This document shows positions 1-4,427 of a stretch of DNA of 4,427 bases, piece after piece (the stretch's first letter is position 1; every line of letters starts with the position of its first letter). This DNA comes from a virus (taxonomy: Duplodnaviria; Heunggongvirae; Uroviricota; Caudoviricetes), in IMG/VR virus record IMGVR_UViG_2706794677_000007. One strand, given 5' to 3'. Position numbers and translations under genes: made by a program. The notes beneath the pieces were generated by a model. That model searched no databases, was not told the origin of the DNA, and saw only the letters and a program-made list of their open reading frames with translations.

Positions 1-1
1 G

Positions 2-76
2 CTGTCGTTCTCAAAATCGGTGGAGCTGCATGACAAAGTCATCGGGCATTATCTGAACATAAAACACTATCAATAA
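2..76 (+). CDS. insB: IS1 transposase InsB, C-terminal fragment (5' end outside window); translates ...[24 protein letters not shown], stop TAA at 74-76
   Basis: Hand translation of frame 2 gives the characteristic InsB C-terminus and stops 15 bp before the IS1 terminus. Confidence 0.8.
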   Translation: MSFSKSVELHDKVIGHYLNIKHYQ

Positions 77-685
77 GTTGGAGTCATTACCTGCGCCCCC
101 CTGTGGAATGTAGTAATAACGTTCCATAACGCGGGCACGCCATATTTCCAGATTTTCAATATCTTCACCGTCTGTAATGGTGTCAGCGTACCCTGTGGAC
201 GGCAGACCACTGACGGGTGTTCCCAGTTGCATGGCAATACCATCATCCGTATTCCCCGCCGATCCCGGTTCGTCTGCCACAACAGGCACCCGGAGAAGAC
301 CATCGGCTGCGGTCACCGTCGCCGTCGTGGTAAAGGTCACCTGATTATCACGCTGGATCTGCGTTCCCGCTGGCAATACCGGCGTCCCCTCTACGCCATC
401 CCAGCGCACAAATCCCCGGGCTGCCACCGCTTCTTTTCGCGGGCAGCGTTTGATTCTGGCGTGCCGGTACAGCCAGTCTTCATCACACACGTCCGGTAAC
501 AGATTTCTGGCAAGATAATCGATATACCCGTACAACGTGTGTACGGCTGCAGCCTGTACACGGGCATACACTTCCGCATCCATACGACGAAGCAGCGTAT
601 CCTGCTCAAAGCGGGTTAATAAATCGCTCCGGATCATAGAAATAAGTTGCGGGAGGCCGGGGCGATAAAACTGACTGTCAGCCAT
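11..685 (-). pseudogene. Baseplate J-like protein (Mu gp47 family) interrupted by IS1. Native coding sequence is 92-685 (about 198 codons); the last about 26 codons (11-91) are read from the IS1 end and are not native.
   Basis: ORF-track protein begins MADSQFYRPGLPQLISMIRSDLL...YARVQAAAVHTLYGYIDYLARNLL, typical of baseplate J-like proteins. The ORF runs into IS1 at 91 and stops at 11-13 inside it. 224 aa is much shorter than typical baseplate J proteins (about 350 aa, from memory). SD-like GGAG sits 9 nt upstream of the ATG (685), and the start overlaps the gp46 stop (ATGGCTGA). Confidence 0.7.
69..91. repeat. IS1 terminal inverted repeat (IRR, about 23 bp) of the left copy
   Basis: Terminal sequence ...ATCAATAAGTTGGAGTCATTACC equals the IS1 right-end repeat; the extent of about 23 bp is from knowledge of IS1. 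Confidence 0.75.
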
Positions 686-1088
686 TCAGTTCACTCCAGA
701 TATCATCAAAAATAATGTTGTGAATATTGCCGTCACGCTGGTAAATGGTAATGGCAAGTGCCAGCGAGTCTGTCCCGGTCCGGACAGCGTTAATATCAAG
801 ACGGGAAGCAACACCATCCTCCACCATCCACGCCAGCGCCTCACGGACATAATCTCTGGCAAGCTGCGGGGTTTTATTTGTCAGCTTGCTGCGTCGCAAC
901 AGATACAAACGCGACCCCGTGCGATCATTCTGAACCGCAGGCCAGGTATCCCCCCACCATCCAAATATCCGTGGTGCATCATCACGCCCGGCACGCCGCC
1001 ATGTAAAAAGCGAAATAATCACAGCACGCGTCAGAAGGTCGATCGAAGCCCCGGTCGACACGGGTCGCCCGTTAACATTAATCATCAT
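678..1088 (-). CDS. Phage Mu gp46-family baseplate protein
   Basis: 136-aa protein with a GWWGD motif and overall resemblance to the phage GP46 family; sits between gp45 and gp47 homologs as in Mu. Start is 5 nt after the gp45 stop. Confidence 0.75.
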   Translation of the reverse strand: MMINVNGRPVSTGASIDLLTRAVIISLFTWRRAGRDDAPRIFGWWGDTWPAVQNDRTGSRLYLLRRSKLTNKTPQLARDYVREALAWMVEDGVASRLDINAVRTGTDSLALAITIYQRDGNIHNIIFDDIWSELNG

Positions 1089-1093
1089 GATTT

Positions 1094-1441
1094 TCAGCCC
1101 ATCGGTTGATCCGNNNNNNNNNNNNNNNNNNNNNNNNNNNNNNNNNNNNNNNNNNNNNNNNNNNNNNNNNNNNNTTCCCCACGTTTCAGTCCTTTCAGCC
1201 GGTAACGTCTGTCAGCCACGACCACAACCACACCATGAGAACGATCGCCCGCCGGAAATAAAGCAACGCCCTCAGCACCGTTCTGTGCGGCAGATGTAAA
1301 ACCATAAGGTTCAAGGTGCTCAACGTGTTGTTTCTGATCTCCGGCTATCATTTTCAACCCTACAGACTGACACTTTCTGGCGGAATCCACCGCCGTGATG
1401 ACAGCCCGGGAAATCAGATTACGAAGAGAAAACCCGTTCAT
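1094..1441 (-). CDS. Phage Mu gp45-like baseplate assembly protein V (spike), containing a 61-nt unresolved N block (1114-1174) that stays in frame
   Basis: Protein MNGFSLRNLISRAVITAVD...EHLEPYGFTSAAQNGAEGVALFPAGDRSHGVVVVVADRRYR resembles the gpV/gp45 family. Strong SD (GAGGAGGA) upstream of the ATG at 1441; start overlaps the P stop by 23 nt. Confidence 0.7.
   Translation of the reverse strand: MNGFSLRNLISRAVITAVDSARKCQSVGLKMIAGDQKQHVEHLEPYGFTSAAQNGAEGVALFPAGDRSHGVVVVVADRRYRLKGLKRGEXXXXXXXXXXXXXXXXXXXXXDQPMG
1114..1174. other. Run of 61 N (unresolved or masked bases) inside the gp45-like gene
   Basis: Literal n characters in the sequence. The flanking coding sequence is in the same frame on both sides, so the run appears to preserve true length. 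Confidence 0.95.
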
Positions 1442-2501
1442 CAGAAATCCTCCTCAACATTTTTTTCTTCCTGGCGGTAACAGGCTCGGGGAGATAAGCA
1501 TCTGCCGGGCCAACCCGTAATTCAGTCGTCGTGCCCCGGTCGTCCTGGTTATAGGTAACTTCTGCGATCACCAGTTCATCATTATCAAAATTATTCAGCG
1601 GGTCGAAAACGATGACAGATAACCCCGGACGCCATAACGCGCCACTGCCCTGCCGCCAGCCCTGAACCGTATATGTTGTCTCACGGGTAAGCGCAGCCCG
1701 TTGGCGCGCTTCAAATTCACAACGGGCCTTACAGGTTGCTGTCGTTGCTGTGCCTGACTGCTGAATCAACAAAGGGCGATAACGGGTCACGCCACTGTCC
1801 TGAATGGTCTGACGTATTGCGGCAATGGTGGCCTCACCAAAATCATCGTCGTTGCCCGGGCGCTGCCCACTGACCTGATATTCAGAAAACCGCTCTCTGA
1901 TGCTTCTTTCCGTGTCACAGGAAAGAATATTCTCTCCCAGCACCAGCACCAGCGCCGTCGCCGCTTTACCTGTTCCGGGTTTTCCCAGAACCAGTCGCCC
2001 GCATTCATCGTCATAAGCCAGCGTCTGAACCTGCCCCAGTAACCGGTTAAGACAATCGGCAACGGTTTCGCCGTGTTCCGGCTGGGCATCAATCACCGCT
2101 GTCTGCGGCACGCCAGCATCAACAACGGTGATGCCAAATGGCGCAGCCAGTTCACTGACTATTCTGAGCAGGTTTTTTCCGCTCTGCTGGAGTGGCAAAG
2201 CAGAGCAGTCAACCAGATCGGCTGTTTTGCTTCGCCCGACAATTCCCATGCTGACGCTGCTGGCGTCATAACGAAGCGGTAGTGCCTCCACATATCCGGT
2301 GAGCACAGGCTCATCCCCGATAAGCACTTCAACCAGCTCACCATTTTTTATCCGGGGTTGATAATCCCGGCTTCCGGGCCAGCGGGTGGTAATGGCAACA
2401 TTAAAATCCCGGGCAATACGGTTAATGCCCGCACTGATACGGACGGATGTCCAGCCGCCCCATTCGCGACCGGAAACCCGAAGTAAAACGGTATCATTCA
2501 T
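1419..2501 (-). CDS. P: Phage Mu P (gp44)-like baseplate hub / tail protein (P2 gpD family)
   Basis: 360-aa protein MNDTVLLRVSGREWGGWTSVRISAGINRIARDF... resembles Mu P / phage late control D family; lies immediately downstream of the N homolog with ATGA start/stop overlap at 2498-2501. Confidence 0.8.
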   Translation of the reverse strand: MNDTVLLRVSGREWGGWTSVRISAGINRIARDFNVAITTRWPGSRDYQPRIKNGELVEVLIGDEPVLTGYVEALPLRYDASSVSMGIVGRSKTADLVDCSALPLQQSGKNLLRIVSELAAPFGITVVDAGVPQTAVIDAQPEHGETVADCLNRLLGQVQTLAYDDECGRLVLGKPGTGKAATALVLVLGENILSCDTERSIRERFSEYQVSGQRPGNDDDFGEATIAAIRQTIQDSGVTRYRPLLIQQSGTATTATCKARCEFEARQRAALTRETTYTVQGWRQGSGALWRPGLSVIVFDPLNNFDNDELVIAEVTYNQDDRGTTTELRVGPADAYLPEPVTARKKKMLRRISDERVFSS

Positions 2502-3889
2502 CTGACGGGTACCCTTAATGCCCTGACCGGAACAAAGCCCGGATGAGAGATGGCATTTCGATCCAGGATATCAGTTTCACGGGACGCATCGTCGTACCAT
2601 GACGCAGCCAGAACAAGCGCAGGCAGAACTTCCGCTGGCGTTCGCTCTGCGGTTTCCTCCGTCTGAACCAGACGCGCCTGAATATCCCGGTTCAGTTCTG
2701 TACGTAATGACGTCAGCTGAAAAAACAGCCTGTCATCCGCCGTACGCCTGAGCTCCTGTTCAATCGCCGCGTTCAGCGATTTGCGTATGATGGTGAGATT
2801 TTCCCGCGTGGGTGGTTGCGCTCTCTCATCCTGTCCTGTGCTGGCTGCCACGCTGTCAAGTGCCGGATGAGAAACGTGAATAATATCGGACTGACGTTCA
2901 GTGGAACCACCAACAGCCACAACCGCCTGCTGATTTTTCACCAGGCTTCCGGGTTGTGGCAGTGAAGTGACCGCCCTTGTGGCTTCGCTGATTGCCGTCG
3001 TCCGGATGACAGCAGCCACAAGGTTTGTCTGCTGTTTTTGCCTGATAACCGATGCGGAATCTGTGGGCCACACCGCACGCGGTGCCAGTCCTGGGTCCAG
3101 CGTAATGCCGGACATTGTCGTTATGGACTGCACCAGATCCTGTGTGTTATCCACCAGCCGGGTTCCGGCCCGCCAGGTATCCTGCAACGTATGCACAAAA
3201 TCACTGGCAACCGACGGCGGCATCAGAATGACGGATAAATCGCCCTGCAGTAGTCTCGCTCCGGCAGAAACAGCCGAATTAACCATTTTGAAAGCTGTCT
3301 GAACGGTTCCCAGCATATCGGTCGTCCGGGCAATAACATCGTTCTGAATAAAGTCCGGTATTCCCGCGAGATCAAAATCGCCGAACATGTCTTCAATCAA
3401 CTCATCCAGGAATACGGACGACTCCTCCAGTTTTCTGGCGGTTGCAGCTCCGGCGACCGGAAATGACAGTTCCCCGCTCTCAACAAACTGAAATGAAACC
3501 CGGCACATACGGCCTTCAGTGCCGGAGTGAGAAACGGTCACCTGCCCGTCAATACAGCCCTGCATTTCACCGAACTGCGGATGGATCAGCGTCCCCGGCC
3601 CGGCGGTTTCAATCGCTGTAATCAGCCTGTCGCGCTGCTCTGCGTAATCATCACCAACGAGATACGCATTAATCGTCAGCCGTCGCGTGGCACGCCCGAG
3701 ATCTTCCGTGTACGGTTTGTCACGGTTTGGGTATTCATGGACCTGAACGCGGCGTCCGAACGAACCCTCGTCGCTCTCCACCGAAAACGGAACGCCACGA
3801 AATGAAGCGTCGTAAAGATTATCGCGCCAATTGATACCTGAAGATGCAGAAAAGAGTGAAGAAAGAGAAGGTAAAGAAGGTAAGTCCAT
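2498..3889 (-). CDS. N: Phage Mu N (gp43)-like DNA circulation protein
   Basis: 463-aa protein MDLPSLPSLSSLFSASSGINWRDNLYDASFRGVPFSVESDEGSFGRRVQVHEYPNRDKPYTEDLGRA... resembles the Mu DNA circulation protein family. SD GGAG (3895-3898, minus strand) 5 nt upstream of the ATG; N-P-gp45-gp46-gp47 order matches Mu. Confidence 0.8.
   Translation of the reverse strand: MDLPSLPSLSSLFSASSGINWRDNLYDASFRGVPFSVESDEGSFGRRVQVHEYPNRDKPYTEDLGRATRRLTINAYLVGDDYAEQRDRLITAIETAGPGTLIHPQFGEMQGCIDGQVTVSHSGTEGRMCRVSFQFVESGELSFPVAGAATARKLEESSVFLDELIEDMFGDFDLAGIPDFIQNDVIARTTDMLGTVQTAFKMVNSAVSAGARLLQGDLSVILMPPSVASDFVHTLQDTWRAGTRLVDNTQDLVQSITTMSGITLDPGLAPRAVWPTDSASVIRQKQQTNLVAAVIRTTAISEATRAVTSLPQPGSLVKNQQAVVAVGGSTERQSDIIHVSHPALDSVAASTGQDERAQPPTRENLTIIRKSLNAAIEQELRRTADDRLFFQLTSLRTELNRDIQARLVQTEETAERTPAEVLPALVLAASWYDDASRETDILDRNAISHPGFVPVRALRVPVR
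3866..3883. repeat. Perfect 9-bp tandem duplication (AGAAGGTAA x2 on plus strand; TTACCTTCT x2 on coding strand) encoding LPS-LPS at the N-terminus of the N homolog
   Basis: Read directly from 3866-3874 and 3875-3883. Confidence 0.8.
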
Positions 3890-3894
3890 ACTGT

Positions 3895-3898
3895 CTCC
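3895..3898 (-). promoter_or_regulatory. Shine-Dalgarno sequence (GGAG) for the N homolog
   Basis: Minus strand reads ...TTTTTTTATAGTGGAGACAGTATG. Confidence 0.6.
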
Positions 3899-3903
3899 AC
3901 TAT

Positions 3904-3927
3904 AAAAAAACCGCCAATTTCTGGCGG
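3904..3927 (-). terminator. Rho-independent terminator downstream of the AT-rich ORF and immediately upstream of N
   Basis: Stem 3911-3916 (CCGCCA) pairs with 3922-3927 (TGGCGG), 5-nt loop; on the minus strand the hairpin is followed by T7 (plus-strand A-run 3904-3910). Confidence 0.7.
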
Positions 3928-3935
3928 CTTATATA

Positions 3936-4331
3936 TTAATCATCATTAATATCTTTCATATTCAATTTGCAATTTTCGTAGGTCACTCCCGACTCGCCAT
4001 TAACATTAACTCCAGCTCTGATATTCCCGTTTTCTTTTACATCTACAAAAAACTGGCCTCTTGGCATCTTGAACGCAAATGTAAAACCAACAGTATCTGA
4101 ATCAAAATCATCATCTTTATATATTGGGATCAAAAATGTCATCGTCGCTGGTGATGCATTGTTTGCAAAATCAAATACACCTATACTTTTGCCGAATTCA
4201 TAAGAAGCTTTTCTCAATATAATCGCACCGCTGGCAGAAGGGGATGGGCACGATATCCTCAGTTGTCTGAATCCATCTGTATCCAAGTCAACGTCATTAT
4301 CTGCAGATGTTTTAACGGGTAATGACTCCAA
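3936..4331 (-). CDS. AT-rich ORF of unknown function (131 codons as drawn). Probably the 3' part of a gene whose 5' end was removed by IS1: the TTG start and first 4 codons lie inside the IS1 end, and the non-IS1 reading frame begins at 4317.
   Basis: Long open frame in a region of about one-third GC (hand counts 22/60 and 17/60 on sampled lines, versus about 31/60 in the one tail-gene line counted). Ends at TAA 3936-3938 just before the terminator. No convincing SD before TTG 4329-4331 or the internal ATG. No recognisable family from the protein sequence. Confidence 0.4.
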   Translation of the reverse strand: MESLPVKTSADNDVDLDTDGFRQLRISCPSPSASGAIILRKASYEFGKSIGVFDFANNASPATMTFLIPIYKDDDFDSDTVGFTFAFKMPRGQFFVDVKENGNIRAGVNVNGESGVTYENCKLNMKDINDD

Positions 4332-4340
4332 CTTATTGAT
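4318..4340. repeat. IS1 terminal inverted repeat (IRR, about 23 bp) of the right, inverted copy
   Basis: Reverse complement of 69-91. Confidence 0.75.
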
Positions 4341-4427
4341 AGTGTTTTATGTTCAGATAATGCCCGATGACTTTGTCATGCAGCTCCACCGATTTTGAGA
4401 ACGACAGCGACTTCCGTCCCAGCCGTG
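4333..4427 (-). CDS. insB: IS1 transposase InsB, C-terminal fragment of the right (inverted) copy; 5' end outside window; stop TAA at 4333-4335
   Basis: Minus strand translates ...[30 protein letters not shown]. Positions 4409-4427 continue the IS1 sequence (CACGGCTGGGACGGAAGTC on the minus strand). Confidence 0.8.

Larger units (their letters stand above)
1..91 (+). mobile_element. IS1 insertion sequence, right-hand terminal 91 bp only (element continues left of the window); inner terminus at position 91
   Basis: Sequence matches the known 3' end of IS1 (...GCTGTCGTTCTCAAAATCGGTGGAGCTGCATGACAAAGTCATCGGGCATTATCTGAACATAAAACACTATCAATAAGTTGGAGTCATTACC) from memory. A perfect reverse-complement copy lies at 4318-4408, and homology to that copy stops exactly at 91/92. 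Confidence 0.88.
4318..4427 (-). mobile_element. IS1 insertion sequence, inverted relative to the left copy; right-hand terminal 110 bp, element continues past the window end; inner terminus at 4318
   Basis: 4318-4408 is the exact reverse complement of 1-91 (checked base by base), and 4409-4427 continues the known IS1 sequence. Confidence 0.88.

Noticed and set aside
227-499. Plus-strand ORF (90 aa) antisense to the gp47-like gene
   Set aside because: Lies entirely within and opposite a homology-supported minus-strand gene; Arg/His-rich translation typical of an antisense frame in GC-rich coding DNA.
70-609. Minus-strand ORFs 70-303 and 391-609 overlapping the gp47-like gene
   Set aside because: Off-frame overlaps of the baseplate J-like gene; spurious.
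720-1109. Plus-strand ORF (129 aa) antisense to gp46
   Set aside because: Fully overlaps the gp46 homolog on the opposite strand; no independent support.
1087-1299. Plus-strand ORF (70 aa) spanning the N-run
   Set aside because: Exists only because the N-run removes stop codons; antisense to gp45.
1787-2344. Minus- and plus-strand ORFs (1787-2092, 2073-2282, 2159-2344) inside the P gene
   Set aside because: Alternative-frame or antisense ORFs within a well-supported 360-aa gene; W/R-rich translations typical of off-frame reading.
2967-3900. ORFs 2967-3302 (+), 3038-3238 (+), 3527-3805 (+) and 3676-3900 (-) overlapping the N gene
   Set aside because: All nested within the N homolog in other frames or strands; no RBS or homology support.
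3930-3990. Possible sigma70 promoter for N in the AT-rich stretch just upstream of the terminator (TATATA / TTGCAA-like hexamers on the minus strand)
   Set aside because: AT-rich DNA yields many hexamer look-alikes; spacing to the best -35 candidates is poor, and a start site would fall within the terminator hairpin. Not supportable from sequence alone.
4201-4398. Open frame on the plus strand running from the AT-rich region into the right IS1 end (same 26-aa IS1-encoded tail as the gp47 fusion)
   Set aside because: No start codon upstream of the IS1 junction (only an ATG 10 codons from the end); it is the antisense of the 131-codon ORF and most likely a fortuitous open frame.
1-4408. A 91-bp perfect inverted repeat flanking about 4.2 kb, initially suggestive of a Gin/Cin-type invertible segment (Mu G segment, P1 C segment) or an assembly foldback artefact
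   Set aside because: The repeat is the terminal 91 bp of IS1 with the insB stop and terminal repeat at the inner boundary, and it continues as IS1 beyond 4408. The cargo is baseplate genes, not split tail-fibre genes, and no invertase gene or crossover-site arrangement is present. Inversion by homologous recombination between the IS1 copies is still possible and is reported as a finding.

Overview
This window is a roughly 4.2-kb segment bracketed by two inverted copies of the insertion sequence IS1, and most of it is a Mu-like phage baseplate gene block on the minus strand. Positions 1-91 are the last 91 bp of an IS1 element (insB 3' end plus terminal inverted repeat), and positions 4318-4427 are the same IS1 end in reverse orientation, running off the window. 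I checked 1-91 against 4318-4408 base by base and they are perfect reverse complements. Between them, on the minus strand, lie an AT-rich orphan ORF, an intrinsic terminator, and then homologs of Mu N (DNA circulation protein), P (baseplate hub), gp45, gp46 and the 5' two-thirds of a baseplate J-like gp47 gene that is cut by the left IS1 at 91/92. The tail genes are tightly packed with overlapping stop/start codons. A 61-nt N-run sits in-frame inside gp45. The most notable features are the IS1-bracketed (potentially invertible or mobilisable) module, the IS1-disrupted baseplate gene, and the compositionally foreign ORF where a Mu-like phage would carry its tape-measure gene. Family assignments are from recalled protein and IS1 sequence, not from a search.
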